A stretch of 64,000 nucleotides of DNA from a virus (IMGVR_UViG_3300046786_000293:32001-96000); one strand, 5' to 3'. Counted from the first letter of the stretch, positions 46,563 to 57,932 are shown. Program-made: numbers and translations. The notes: generated from the letters alone by a model not told the origin.

Positions 46563-48194
46563 TTAAGTTATTTCTTGCCATTCGATACTAGCGTAAACAT
46601 CTTGGTTAGTACCAGTAGTAGCTGCCATAATTAAATATTCATACGCAACTCCAGTAAATGGTTGTCTTTCTAGTTGATATGTAAATGTAAAAGGCACTTG
46701 AGAAGGAGAACTACTACTTTGATTGGTAGAGTTCAAAAATGTTTGTTCTACGATATCGCCGCTTACCAATGATGTGGGTGATAAGTTATATTCAACTGAA
46801 CTATCAGCAGCTGAACTTACCCAACTACCTCCCGATGTTACTGCTTTTTTATATATACGGTATTGGAATATGCTTCCCGAAACTGGAATTAATGAATAAT
46901 TTATAGGCACAACCACCGCGTTTAGGTTAGTGCTTTTTAATCTAATAGAGATGACAGGTTTGAAACTTTGATCGTTTGGCAATTTGACTGGCGAACCTAA
47001 TAAATGCGATGCTGCTCGAGGATTTCCTGAACCTGATAACTGGAATCCACCTTCACTGATAACGCTACTACAAATTTGTGTCATCATGCTATTGCCAGTA
47101 GTAATACCAGTATTCGTTATTTCATAACGTATAGGCAAAGTAGCAGTAGTCATGTAGACCTTAGTGTTACCTGGTTGATTGGCATGATGGAATATATGAC
47201 AAATTGTATAGGCTCCATCGATTACAAAACCTACACGCACCGATCCTACACCTAGCCATTCAACATCAGCAAACAGAATCTGTGTGCGATCTGGGTAAAG
47301 GCCAGGCAGCGTGTTTACATTCCAATTGTCTTGTCTTACTCGCTCTTCAACTCCGGTTGATCCTGAACGTATTACAAAATAATTGTAAGTGCCATCGTTT
47401 TCAAAAAATACACCGTCGTTAGCATCAAACAAACCCACACGTTGACGTAGATTGGTCTTTGGTGTATTCATGCAGAAGGTGTTTAATGTAAGTTGGCTCT
47501 TACCAGGTTGATAGGGGAAAGGCTTCAATGTTTCTCTAATTACGCTGTCGCCCGATGCAGATCCTACATTAAGTTGATAGCTACTTTGATTTTGTACATA
47601 TACAACATTAGCTGTTCCTGTAATATTGTTTGCGAACTGACCATGGTCAAAATATCGAGCCTGTGTATCAAATAATGTGTATGGTTCTGATACTCTTAAA
47701 CGACCAAATGCATCCGATGTGGGGCCTGAAAACCCTGAAATAACAACATTTGCATCACCAGCTAGTACTACATTGCCAGAAATGGCCCAAGGAGTTGTGC
47801 CTTGAGTAACCGTGACATTGCCAACAATACCAACATTACCGCTAATCGGATTAACATTTACATTACTAGTAATAGAACTAACGGTGACACTATTTAAAAT
47901 AGTTGCATTAATATTGGGCAAGCTAGTAATTATAATGTTTCCACCAGTAACTATAACATTGCCATCTATAGGCATATAAGGAACTTGTAAATTGCCCGAA
48001 GTGCCAACTTCACTTACATGAACATGTACTGGGTTTTCTGGACTACTAGCTACATTTACTGTAGTGGGTACAGAAATATTTCCTATAATATTAATATTAG
48101 CACTACCCAAAGTTACGGGTAATGGGTTTACTTCTGTAATAGCACTACCATTACTTTGAAATATAGAACTTGTGTTACTAAACAGATATGTCAT
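46563..48194 (-). CDS. Virion structural protein
   Basis: V/N/S/T-rich repeat N-terminus, DAFGRLRVS, YQPGKSQ; in the fibre module. Confidence 0.65.
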   Translation of the reverse strand: MTYLFSNTSSIFQSNGSAITEVNPLPVTLGSANINIIGNISVPTTVNVASSPENPVHVHVSEVGTSGNLQVPYMPIDGNVIVTGGNIIITSLPNINATILNSVTVSSITSNVNVNPISGNVGIVGNVTVTQGTTPWAISGNVVLAGDANVVISGFSGPTSDAFGRLRVSEPYTLFDTQARYFDHGQFANNITGTANVVYVQNQSSYQLNVGSASGDSVIRETLKPFPYQPGKSQLTLNTFCMNTPKTNLRQRVGLFDANDGVFFENDGTYNYFVIRSGSTGVEERVRQDNWNVNTLPGLYPDRTQILFADVEWLGVGSVRVGFVIDGAYTICHIFHHANQPGNTKVYMTTATLPIRYEITNTGITTGNSMMTQICSSVISEGGFQLSGSGNPRAASHLLGSPVKLPNDQSFKPVISIRLKSTNLNAVVVPINYSLIPVSGSIFQYRIYKKAVTSGGSWVSSAADSSVEYNLSPTSLVSGDIVEQTFLNSTNQSSSSPSQVPFTFTYQLERQPFTGVAYEYLIMAATTGTNQDVYASIEWQEIT

Positions 48195-48652
48195 ATTATT
48201 CTCCAGCCGCCATTTGTGAATATCATATCTACCGCGGCGTTGTTTAATGCTAATATGACAGAATTTTGATTATCGATAGTATCTGTTCCTTGAGTAGTTA
48301 TAGTTAAGTTATGAATACTACAATTGCTACTTTGATCTTTTACTACGCAAATACGACCTTCCTGGCCAGGGGGTAAAGTTATTGTAATTGCAGTATTAGA
48401 TTCTACTCCTACGTAATAATCTGAATTAACAAAAGTATAGTCTGTAGTTACAGTTCTTACATTGTAATTAAAAGTACCTGTGCCATTGCCGCCAAAGCCA
48501 ACTATTCGACCACCAGGATTACCGTCACCTATTCGAATTGTGTTTGTAATAGGGTCATACCAAAGACGATCCATTTGCCCTATGCGTGTGTTTCCATCAC
48601 CATAGTTTCGTCTATCTGTAAAAAAATCTTGGGTATAAACGTTGCCTGACAC
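48191..48652 (-). CDS. Small fibre-associated protein
   Basis: LWYDPITNTIRIGDG, then DYYVGV...TITLP...G...VKD. Confidence 0.65.
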   Translation of the reverse strand: MSGNVYTQDFFTDRRNYGDGNTRIGQMDRLWYDPITNTIRIGDGNPGGRIVGFGGNGTGTFNYNVRTVTTDYTFVNSDYYVGVESNTAITITLPPGQEGRICVVKDQSSNCSIHNLTITTQGTDTIDNQNSVILALNNAAVDMIFTNGGWRII

Positions 48653-48661
48653 AGCGACTCC

Positions 48662-48991
48662 TTATGAGTCTAACGGCTCGTCGTCGCCTGCATCAAATAC
48701 CGAAGCAGTAGGTACTCCGGCAATTTTAAGAATACGGTCTAGTTCGTCTTCGCCGTCGTTTACATCGTACATATTTTCAACGCCTACTGCTCGTTTTAAC
48801 AATTCCAATTTTTGTTGTAAAGGAGCCACCATTGTTTCGACGCTGGTATGATCTTCGTGCTCGGGTTCTACTTCGTGTACATCGGGACGATTTTGAATTT
48901 CTATACCGCTGCCACCGATAACGGGCTCTTCGGCCTGTTTAGGTTCGCCAAAAATATTAACAAAATCTCCTATTAGGTCCGTAATTTTCAT
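48662..48991 (-). CDS. Acidic hypothetical protein
   Basis: 109-aa ORF. Confidence 0.6.
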   Translation of the reverse strand: MKITDLIGDFVNIFGEPKQAEEPVIGGSGIEIQNRPDVHEVEPEHEDHTSVETMVAPLQQKLELLKRAVGVENMYDVNDGEDELDRILKIAGVPTASVFDAGDDEPLDS

Positions 48992-48995
48992 AATA

Positions 48996-49301
48996 TTATG
49001 GATTTAAGAAAGTTGTGCTGTTTTGATTCATTGCACTTTGATATACTGTGCCGCACTCGGTGGCTGTGATTGTTGTACTTGCACCTGCCACTGGCAATAC
49101 ACTTAGCTTATTACCAATCCCGCCCATATTAATATATGTTGGGAAGTTTGCTGGAATCATTGGTCCAACGTTAGAAGTTAATGTTGCTGCGGCGTTAATT
49201 GCGTAGACACAAGCTGCATTTGCTACAACTTTGACTTTGGTGGTATTAATAACGCTTGAAACGTTTGCGGCTGTTGATGTTACGACTGTATAAGATGCCA
49301 T
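48996..49301 (-). CDS. Small virion protein
   Basis: A/V/T-rich; TAAATA and SD upstream. Confidence 0.6.
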   Translation of the reverse strand: MASYTVVTSTAANVSSVINTTKVKVVANAACVYAINAAATLTSNVGPMIPANFPTYINMGGIGNKLSVLPVAGASTTITATECGTVYQSAMNQNSTTFLNP

Positions 49302-49338
49302 ATCTAAAATCCTGTTTTTATTATTTAGCCGTTTTTGT

Positions 49339-50040
49339 TTATAGCCCGTAAACAGATTTAGTGGAGTTATAGTTTTGTAAAACTTCTAACGCGGTAAGTT
49401 CAGTATTATAACAAAATACATGCCCGACTCGCCCGTTTAACAAATTTGATCCAGAAAAATTAGCTATTCCTACGCTACCATCCCCAGGTCTTGGGTTCAA
49501 ATTATATGTGCTAGTACCATCGAGCACACCGTTTATATACATTTTCATACCTACTGCTGTGTTAAATGTAACAGCAATATAGTACCAAGTATTTAAACTA
49601 AATGTGGATGTAGATGAAAATGCGTTATAGCTAGCCCAATCGCTGTGTCCGCTGAATGCTTTATTTTGTCCTGAGAAAAAAGTAAAGTGGCCGCCGGGGT
49701 CACTACTTACAATATTGTTATTAAAACCGTAATCGGCTAGTTGAAACCACATAGACTTAGTATATGTATTGGCACCTAAAACCCCAGCTGTAGTTCCTGA
49801 ACCATATTGACTGGTGCCGTTGAAGGAAAAATAAGACGGTGTGCCCGAAGTATATGTGGGAGAACTAACTAGATTTATGTCAGCTCCGTAACCAGATAAA
49901 TCATACCAAGTAGTTCCTGACCCTGGATAACTTGCAGAATTATTAGGATCTAATTGCATTCGTAGGCCCGCAGTAACTACCGGTTGAGATGCTGGTGATA
50001 TCACCATTCCTCCCGAAAATTGTGCGCCTGTAATAATCAT
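49339..50040 (-). CDS. LamG / concanavalin A-like domain protein
   Basis: LDPNNSASYPGSGTTWYDLS, FSFNGTSQY, WYYIAVTF, YINGVL, YN.ELT..EV.QNY. Confidence 0.85.
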   Translation of the reverse strand: MIITGAQFSGGMVISPASQPVVTAGLRMQLDPNNSASYPGSGTTWYDLSGYGADINLVSSPTYTSGTPSYFSFNGTSQYGSGTTAGVLGANTYTKSMWFQLADYGFNNNIVSSDPGGHFTFFSGQNKAFSGHSDWASYNAFSSTSTFSLNTWYYIAVTFNTAVGMKMYINGVLDGTSTYNLNPRPGDGSVGIANFSGSNLLNGRVGHVFCYNTELTALEVLQNYNSTKSVYGL

Positions 50041-50080
50041 TTTATTAATCTCTAAACTATTTAATCACCTGATACAAAAT

Positions 50081-50869
50081 TTATTTAATATAGACTGCGT
50101 AAGAATTTAATGCTGTTGATAAACTATTGGTGACAGCCGATACATCTGCCATGCCATATAAATTATTTGATGAAGGGTTAGTCCAAGATCCTGTGCCTTG
50201 TGCATTGCCCGATCTTCCTTGTGCTTGCAATTCGGTGCTGGGTCCACAAACAGTCCACCAATTACTAGCTTGATATATCCAATCTCCCGGGGCATTTATT
50301 GCCAAACTGGTACTCATGGCAGTATGCCCTTTTACAGGATACCAAGTGCCGGTCATAGGTGTGTTATTAACAAAGGCAGGATAATTAGATACAGAACTTA
50401 GCAATAAGTTACTAGGGTTAGCGTAGACTACACGGTTAGATATAGTCATATTGGCTAATAACGGAGTTTGACTCGCAGTAGTATTGGCCATTTTTAATAC
50501 TTGACTACACTGTGCAGATCCGTTATTGAACCACAAATCCATAGTGCTGGCACGTAATTTGTTTAATGTGCCTTCTCCATTTTCCCATGTGTTAGGGTAT
50601 CCCAAGCCGGCAGATATCCCGCCAACACTGGTACCAGTAAAACCAGGAGTGTAGGCTATTAACATCCACCCGCCACTCTCATCCGTCATGTTACAATAAA
50701 CACGTCGAGCTGACGCCATTGTCGATGTTTTAATGTAATACCAGCCCGACGTCGTTTGTCCAGAATTGTATATAGCCTGGGCCGAAACACCAGGATTGCC
50801 CAATGTGCCTAAGGCAGTGTCAACATCTTTTATGACACTATTACTAATTTGTATTCCGGATATAATCAT
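50081..50869 (-). CDS. Fibrinogen-C-like domain virion protein
   Basis: SGWYYIK...VYCNMTDESGGWMLI. Confidence 0.7.
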   Translation of the reverse strand: MIISGIQISNSVIKDVDTALGTLGNPGVSAQAIYNSGQTTSGWYYIKTSTMASARRVYCNMTDESGGWMLIAYTPGFTGTSVGGISAGLGYPNTWENGEGTLNKLRASTMDLWFNNGSAQCSQVLKMANTTASQTPLLANMTISNRVVYANPSNLLLSSVSNYPAFVNNTPMTGTWYPVKGHTAMSTSLAINAPGDWIYQASNWWTVCGPSTELQAQGRSGNAQGTGSWTNPSSNNLYGMADVSAVTNSLSTALNSYAVYIK

Positions 50870-50870
50870 A

Positions 50871-51410
50871 TTAACCTAGTCGTTCGATGCTGATGAAGTT
50901 TTTCAAATAGGCAGCGCCAATCATCAATGTAACTCTGTAAAAACGCTGGTTAGTGTAGTCATTGACTAGATATGTTGAGCCGTCGCCTGCGTTGGGGAAA
51001 CTCCAACCAAACCACGATCCGCTAGGAGTTGTGTTATAGGTAACCCCCGGATAAGCAGTTGCGCCACCATTGGCTCCTCCGCAGAGTGCGTAGTTGGCAG
51101 AAATACTAAGAGTCGCTGTACCAGATACTGTAGCACAACACAGCCCCCTTGCACCACCTGTTGTTACGCTAAACTTAAGATTGTCTAAAGTAACAAACTG
51201 TCCGGCATCTACGTAACCCGATGCGAATCCTTTAATACCAGTGGCAGCGCCACCTGCGCTAGTAGAACCGATTTTAGTTTCTAGTAGCCCAGTTGGGTCC
51301 GGCAGTAATATACTGTTTGCGACATCATCAAAAAATATTTCTGTGTATTCTTTAGCAATATCTGCCCTATTTTCTGTTACATTATTTGAGTGAATCTTTC
51401 GAATTGTCAT
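50871..51410 (-). CDS. Fibre-associated hypothetical protein
   Basis: 179-aa G/S/T-rich ORF. Confidence 0.6.
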   Translation of the reverse strand: MTIRKIHSNNVTENRADIAKEYTEIFFDDVANSILLPDPTGLLETKIGSTSAGGAATGIKGFASGYVDAGQFVTLDNLKFSVTTGGARGLCCATVSGTATLSISANYALCGGANGGATAYPGVTYNTTPSGSWFGWSFPNAGDGSTYLVNDYTNQRFYRVTLMIGAAYLKNFISIERLG

Positions 51411-51413
51411 TGC

Positions 51414-54400
51414 TTATCCTATATATGTTACACCCCAACTGTCGTTAGTATCAAAATTAACGTTACCGGATAATACTTGCAATCTGATAGTATCTCCTAC
51501 AACACATCGAGCATATCCAGTCATTGAGAAATGCACAGCAGTGCCTGTGTTTGTATCGGTTTCCCAGAATGCAATTACATTGGCACCGGAAGTGCTACTA
51601 TTCTTTTGAATAACCACTTGATTTAGTCCATTATTTGTAGCAACACGTACAGTGGCATAGCAATGATACAAACCTGCCACCGGTGCAGTAAATAAACCAG
51701 TAGAGTTAGTGTAATAACTACCTTGATTATAATCGATAGCCTGATTAGTTATTGTGCCTGATGCAAAGACAGTGCTAGTATTACCATAGACTCTAAATGC
51801 TGGTCGATTCGGTGCGTAGAACGCAGATGTTCCACTAGCAGTTACGTTACCTGTTACAGTAACATTTGGTACAGTTACCATGCCTGCATTGTCAAAAGTC
51901 GAAGTATAATTTCCAGCTACTAATTGAACGTTTGGTGTAGATCCAGTAATATTGCCTGTAACAGAAATGTTACCAGTAACCGCAACTCCGGTGTTACTTA
52001 CTGTTGCAATAATAGAACTAGCATTTGCGCCGCCTGCAAAAATCTTTACAGTTTTACCAGTAGTAGTTGTACCAATTGCTAAATTACCACCGCTTTGACT
52101 TGTTGCACTAGCATTGCCTTGAGCATACAAATAAGTATCAGCTGCATAAACAATATTACCTAAACTATTTGTAGGTGTAGCATTATCATAACCGCTATTA
52201 ATGATACCAAAGTCGCTATAGTTGACAGTATCACTACCATTATCAGCAGTCAATATGTAGTCAGCAGTAGCGTCGGCTCCTGTGTTCTTGTTTTGAAATG
52301 TGACTTGTGTGTAACTGTTAACATTACCTGTGAATCCTGCCACAGTGTTAGACAACAATGTATTTGTGACACCAGAAACCAAAGCACCGACACCTGTTGT
52401 GGCATTTCCGCCTACATAGATGTTGCCGCCAACACCTACACCGCCTGTGACCACCAAAGCACCGCTAGTAGTCGATGTGGCGGTTGTGGCCGCTGTTACT
52501 TTAGTAGTTACTTGGAAAGTAACATCAGCGGAATTGAATATCTGAAATACGCCACCATTTGGGGCCAATAGTCGTCCTGCACCACCGATAACTACACCAG
52601 GAAAAGTTCCCGTAGCTGCTGGGCTTAATACTATACTACCTTCTCTGCTAATGCCTGCTCCATTAGCACTAATATAAGCCCCAGTGTTGAATAGTATAGT
52701 ACTATTGTTGTTACTAAATGTAATATTGCCGCTAGTTGAAACATTACCAGCAGTAATGTTACCTGTTGTTACAATAGTGTTGCTTCCGTAACTTCCTAAG
52801 TAACTTGCTACATTGGTATTTCCATAGTTGCCTGCTCCTGCAGAAATCCCTGTTAATAATGCACCGTTACCAATAAAGTAATTTGCTGATACATTTCCTG
52901 ATGCTGAAAAATCACCAGTTGAAGTTAAGCTGGCTTTAGTAGAACCTGGTTGATAGAATCTTAGAGTTCCACCGTCGTTGTCTATTTCAAATGTTTGTTG
53001 TGTATTACCTGTACCAAAGAGTACTCGAGGAGTACCGCCTGCGTATCCCAGTACTACACCTTGATTAGAACCAATAGATTCGTCAAAAGTCCCAGCAAAT
53101 TTCCCGTAACCGCTTATCAACAGATTTGCTGTGGCAACAATATTCGCACCAGTTATATTGCCAGTTGTTGTTATAGTATTTGAACCAAAAGACGCCAATA
53201 ATGTAACTACATTAGAATTACCGTAATTACTGCTACCCGAACCACCGTATGGACTACCATTGGCATAGTTAATGCTTGCCGAATTTGTAGGTAATGTTAA
53301 GTTACCATCTGTACCAAACGTCCACTGTGCCGTGTTACCTGTATTGTCGTTACTGTTGACTACAACGTCGCCAGTACTAGACAACTTAACATATAGATTG
53401 TCGCTACCCAAGAACAATTCAGTTTGATACAAGTTACCACTTGTCAAATGAATGTGATCACCGTCACCTGCTGTTGGATAAACTAATAGTCTTTGATCGG
53501 TAATAGTACCCGACCCTGCTGGTTGAAGAGTGATGGTATTGCCAGGAGCACCACTTGGTGTGTATGGATTACCATAGATAATACCACCGCCCGGTAATCC
53601 TAAGTTACCTGTGCTGTCAAATGTCCAACTTGATGTGCTACCTGCATTAGCAGCGTTAGCAGTCAATACAAGACTGGTATCACCTAAAATACTACCATCA
53701 TCGGCATATATTTGAACTGCGCTTCCACTGTAACCACTAAATCTTGCATAGTTACTTACAATAGAAAGATTAGCAGGACCCATTAAACTTGCATCCGACG
53801 ACACAATGCTTGGATTTGTACCGCCGTTTATAGATAAGATAGGATCAGTATTAGCAACTGCATCACGTGGGAAGGTTAAACCACCGGTGTAATCAAAGTT
53901 CCAAGTATTGGATCCAGCGTTGATAGTAACATTGCCAGCGTGACCTGCTGGGTCATAACTATCTCCCGCAGTGATATTAACACTGCCGCCCGGACCACCG
54001 CCACCACCATCGTTGCTAGCGCCCAGGCCAGCATTTAAGTTGATATTGCCACCAGCTCCTGTACCGTAAGCACTTGTATCCGCTGGGCCACCAAAAAGGA
54101 ACAAATTATAGCCAGCATTGCCAGTACCAGTGGCTCCCGGCGCTGCACCAATTTCTGCGTCACCAGAATCATTTGTAAAGGATAACCAAGCAGGATCAGA
54201 ACCATGTTCTAAATACAAGCCGCCATTGGTTCCAACTCGTAGACCTTTGTTAATGTTACCCGTTGTGTCGTAAGACTGTAAGATAATCGTATCATCAATT
54301 GATCTAATAACACCCTCACCAGGCACAGTTAGTCGACCAGTGTTGTCAAATGTCCAAGTGCTTGCACCAGAATTGACGTACACATTACCGTACTCAGGAA

Positions 54401-57400
54401 GACCATTGCTAGATGTTCCGCCAGTAATGTTAACATCTCCGCCAGGGCCTGCTGTACCAGTGCCAGCCGTTAGAGTTATATCGCCTCCGCTGATACCTTG
54501 ACCGCCAGTAATTTCAACATATCCACCGCCGCTAGTTTGTCCGACGCCGCCAGTAATTTCAACATAACCTGCTTGTCCGCCGCCACTAGCACCATCACCA
54601 GCTTCCATGCGAATGTAACCACCTGCACCGTCAGTACCGCCGCCTTGACCGCCTCGTATCTTGATGTCACCGCCAGAACCGCCCGACACAGCATTTGCAA
54701 AATCGCCCGAGCCGCCGCGGCCTGCCCATAGATAAATGTCACCACCTTCACCTGCAGTATTATCGGCACCTTTACCTGGATTAATAACTAGTCGTTGACT
54801 GCTTTGACCACCTGCTGGATCACCGTCTGGTGTTGTAATAATAGCTTCGTCTGATCCGTCACCGATTTTTATTGTTGTGCCAGTTAGGTTACCACTTGTA
54901 GTATCACCACGTGGAACACTCAACGTTGGGAATATTGTAGAACCGTCTGCAGTAAATACCCATGTATGAGTAGTACCATTATTAGTACTGATTGATACTC
55001 TACCGTTACCGTTAGGGCCTGCAAATGTTCCAATATCAATATTACCGGCTATACCTACCGGGGATTCGGTTTGGCCACCGTTAATATAAACACTACCGCC
55101 TGAACTAGCACCTGAACCCATGCCACCATTGATGTTTACACTACCGCCGTTATTACCTAAACTGTCTATATTGTCGCTACCACCCGCATCACCACCGTTA
55201 ACATTTACACTACCACCGTTACCTGCCTGAGCATTGATTTCTCGTTGACCTGGGCTACCAGCGGATGCGTTGATGTTAATATTCGGGCCTCCAATGCCGA
55301 TGCTACGTTGATTGACGGCAGTTTGTATGAACATATCATTATAACTCTGTACATACAAGTTCTGCTGGCTTTCTAAGTACCAATCTTCTGAACTACCAAA
55401 ATGATACCTGTTAGTAGCATTGTTATAGTAAGCATAGAATTTATCTAGATCGATGCCTGCAGAATCCAAGGTCATATTGTAGGTGACACCATTAGCAATG
55501 GTTAGGGTGCCGTCTAAATATTCACTATCAAAGTAAGCATATTGTGCAGAATTGTTTGCTGTAATAGCTTGGGTGCTTCTTAAACCAGTCCAACGTATTA
55601 GACCAGCACCGTCACTGCCTAAGTTACCTGAGTAGAATAAGTCACTGATATTACTACCAGTAGCTATCATACAGAAGATGCTTTGATTATACATTACACA
55701 ATAGTCGCCGCCACCAAATGCCGCAGATTCTATTTGTGTGTCTCCGTTACCATATGAAATTTCAGCCGCTAAGTTTGTGTTGATATAGTTACCACTATCA
55801 TATTGGTCGTCGCTACCATCACTGATATAGTTTGATGGCCAAGGATAAACACCGTCACCATTCAAATAACTAATTTGTGTGATAACACCGTCACCATCAA
55901 CTGAATCAATTAGTATTGTTAAATCATTAGCAGGAGTTGCACCACCTAAATCTGTACCAAGAACTGTAAGGGTCTCGCCTCCTATATAACCACTTCCTGG
56001 ATTGGCAGTGCCTAGTACTGTATAAGTGTTGTTAGCATTTACTCTAATACGTACTGTAGCATCTATACCACTACCGTTGGTAGTTGTTGGTGCGGTACCA
56101 AAGTAATCAGCATTACTAGATTGAGTAAATCTAAAGTATTGATAATAGTCCTGAGTAGGAATCTGATCTCTGAAATTACCAGTATTGTTATAGAACTGGG
56201 TTTTCATATCACCTGGATCAGTTCTTAATGTCGCACCATCATATAATACATTATCTACAAACGATGTAAACAAACTCCACAAATAACTTGGATCAATTGG
56301 TCGATATTGACTGCTACCATATACATTCAACATCACATGTGTATTACCAGTCGCTAAGTTAGTAGCGTGGAACACATCATCTTCTAATAAGAAGTCAGTG
56401 TTGTAGAACTTGGGTGCTGTAGCGTTTGTAATAATTAACTGATTGATACTGCAATCATCGCCCCAAATCTGATTTAAGCCTGCACTGAATCCGCGATATA
56501 CTTCTGGTTCAAAATATAATCCACCATTGCTAATATTGAATGTTGCTTGATCAACACCGTTGTTAAGGCTCAGTGTACCACGATATGAGTTAGTGGTCCA
56601 TTGTTGTAATACCGTTCCTAAATTTTGTTCATTGAGTGCTGCTTCATTGATAAACAGTTTTTGAGCAGTTGTAGGATCGCTATTAGCGCCTTCAAAGTTA
56701 GCGAACTGTATTTCTCCGAAACCAGGAGCCACATTAGCTTCAAACGTGCCCACTTCATATTGAACTGTGTATCCGCCGCTACCCGATATAATATTACCGT
56801 TAACAGTTAAATCACCGTTTGAGTCTACACTTAGAGCCGATCCGCCTAAGTAAATTGTGTTATTGCTTACCCACAAGTCCCGCCATTGATTTGTTACGCT
56901 ACCCAAACTGTAGGTTACATTGGCCGCAGGTATAAATCCTTCGGGGGAAATTTCTGCAATAACGTTAGCATCTTCTGGTGCGCCACTGAAGAATTTAATT
57001 TTACCAGTGGTAGAACCTAAAATTAAGTTTCCGCCATCGCTGGCGCCCGGACCAGTAATATTTTCGCCCACTGCCAACAAGTATGCATCGTGTGGTTTGA
57101 TAACTCCATACCCGGGATAGTTATAACTATTGCTGGCAATCCCTAAGTCAACGAAGAATGTACTATCGGTACCATCATTTGAAGTTAGCACAAGATCTGT
57201 ACTAGCCAAAGGACCGTCATAGATGTTTTGATGTACGATTTGACTATAACTATTAATGTTTCCGTAGACCTGTACATATGCATTTGGAAAATCACCGAAA
57301 GAAGTAAAATCGGGGCTTATAACTAAGTTGCCGTACAAGTCAGTGGTTCTGTTACTTAAAAATACAATTTGCGGCACTGCATTATGTTTAATAAAAATTG

Positions 57401-57932
57401 CACTAACATTTGGATCACTACTAGTTTGTTCCAAATGAAACATACCGGTAATTCCGCTTAGATTTATATTAGCGGTGGCTGCAAAATTATATCCATAAAC
57501 TCCGCTATTTCCTAAAGAAATAAAAGAATTTGCATTAACTAAACCGTTACCAAAACTAGCGCTCGATGTACTAGTCAAAATTGAGTCAAGTTGAATTTGA
57601 CCAAGGCCGGAAGCAGATAATATGATATTTTGATCAGGTGTTAATCCTGATATAGTCTGATCCACAATTTCTATATTGCCAAGATTAGCAGATCCTGAAG
57701 TAATTCCAGTTAGATAAAAACCGTTTCCTAAAAAAAAGTTTGCTGTAATATTACCATCGATTGTAAGATCCCCGGGCGCGATGTTGGCTTGTACTAAATG
57801 ACCTCCTTGAGTTGTCCCGTCGTGTACATACATCGACCATGTGTCGGTATTAACAACTATTTCGCCTTCTGGGCCTGTATATGTGCTGGTTGCGGTTGTG
57901 TTACCGCGTTTCCATTGGACTATTTTGCTCAT
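51414..57932 (-). CDS. Giant modular tail fibre / adhesin (2172 aa)
   Basis: Mtd-like N-terminus QWKRGNT..GEI, repeated W.F...G.L..P and GGD(I/V).I.AG motifs, C1q-like C-terminus (RPAF, FTAPVAGLY). Confidence 0.85.
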   Translation of the reverse strand: MSKIVQWKRGNTTATSTYTGPEGEIVVNTDTWSMYVHDGTTQGGHLVQANIAPGDLTIDGNITANFFLGNGFYLTGITSGSANLGNIEIVDQTISGLTPDQNIILSASGLGQIQLDSILTSTSSASFGNGLVNANSFISLGNSGVYGYNFAATANINLSGITGMFHLEQTSSDPNVSAIFIKHNAVPQIVFLSNRTTDLYGNLVISPDFTSFGDFPNAYVQVYGNINSYSQIVHQNIYDGPLASTDLVLTSNDGTDSTFFVDLGIASNSYNYPGYGVIKPHDAYLLAVGENITGPGASDGGNLILGSTTGKIKFFSGAPEDANVIAEISPEGFIPAANVTYSLGSVTNQWRDLWVSNNTIYLGGSALSVDSNGDLTVNGNIISGSGGYTVQYEVGTFEANVAPGFGEIQFANFEGANSDPTTAQKLFINEAALNEQNLGTVLQQWTTNSYRGTLSLNNGVDQATFNISNGGLYFEPEVYRGFSAGLNQIWGDDCSINQLIITNATAPKFYNTDFLLEDDVFHATNLATGNTHVMLNVYGSSQYRPIDPSYLWSLFTSFVDNVLYDGATLRTDPGDMKTQFYNNTGNFRDQIPTQDYYQYFRFTQSSNADYFGTAPTTTNGSGIDATVRIRVNANNTYTVLGTANPGSGYIGGETLTVLGTDLGGATPANDLTILIDSVDGDGVITQISYLNGDGVYPWPSNYISDGSDDQYDSGNYINTNLAAEISYGNGDTQIESAAFGGGDYCVMYNQSIFCMIATGSNISDLFYSGNLGSDGAGLIRWTGLRSTQAITANNSAQYAYFDSEYLDGTLTIANGVTYNMTLDSAGIDLDKFYAYYNNATNRYHFGSSEDWYLESQQNLYVQSYNDMFIQTAVNQRSIGIGGPNININASAGSPGQREINAQAGNGGSVNVNGGDAGGSDNIDSLGNNGGSVNINGGMGSGASSGGSVYINGGQTESPVGIAGNIDIGTFAGPNGNGRVSISTNNGTTHTWVFTADGSTIFPTLSVPRGDTTSGNLTGTTIKIGDGSDEAIITTPDGDPAGGQSSQRLVINPGKGADNTAGEGGDIYLWAGRGGSGDFANAVSGGSGGDIKIRGGQGGGTDGAGGYIRMEAGDGASGGGQAGYVEITGGVGQTSGGGYVEITGGQGISGGDITLTAGTGTAGPGGDVNITGGTSSNGLPEYGNVYVNSGASTWTFDNTGRLTVPGEGVIRSIDDTIILQSYDTTGNINKGLRVGTNGGLYLEHGSDPAWLSFTNDSGDAEIGAAPGATGTGNAGYNLFLFGGPADTSAYGTGAGGNINLNAGLGASNDGGGGGPGGSVNITAGDSYDPAGHAGNVTINAGSNTWNFDYTGGLTFPRDAVANTDPILSINGGTNPSIVSSDASLMGPANLSIVSNYARFSGYSGSAVQIYADDGSILGDTSLVLTANAANAGSTSSWTFDSTGNLGLPGGGIIYGNPYTPSGAPGNTITLQPAGSGTITDQRLLVYPTAGDGDHIHLTSGNLYQTELFLGSDNLYVKLSSTGDVVVNSNDNTGNTAQWTFGTDGNLTLPTNSASINYANGSPYGGSGSSNYGNSNVVTLLASFGSNTITTTGNITGANIVATANLLISGYGKFAGTFDESIGSNQGVVLGYAGGTPRVLFGTGNTQQTFEIDNDGGTLRFYQPGSTKASLTSTGDFSASGNVSANYFIGNGALLTGISAGAGNYGNTNVASYLGSYGSNTIVTTGNITAGNVSTSGNITFSNNNSTILFNTGAYISANGAGISREGSIVLSPAATGTFPGVVIGGAGRLLAPNGGVFQIFNSADVTFQVTTKVTAATTATSTTSGALVVTGGVGVGGNIYVGGNATTGVGALVSGVTNTLLSNTVAGFTGNVNSYTQVTFQNKNTGADATADYILTADNGSDTVNYSDFGIINSGYDNATPTNSLGNIVYAADTYLYAQGNASATSQSGGNLAIGTTTTGKTVKIFAGGANASSIIATVSNTGVAVTGNISVTGNITGSTPNVQLVAGNYTSTFDNAGMVTVPNVTVTGNVTASGTSAFYAPNRPAFRVYGNTSTVFASGTITNQAIDYNQGSYYTNSTGLFTAPVAGLYHCYATVRVATNNGLNQVVIQKNSSTSGANVIAFWETDTNTGTAVHFSMTGYARCVVGDTIRLQVLSGNVNFDTNDSWGVTYIG

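Noticed and set aside
51414-57932. Diversity-generating retroelement suggested by Mtd-like N-termini
   Set aside because: No reverse transcriptase and no template/variable repeat pair seen; the Mtd-like part is only the N-terminal anchor.
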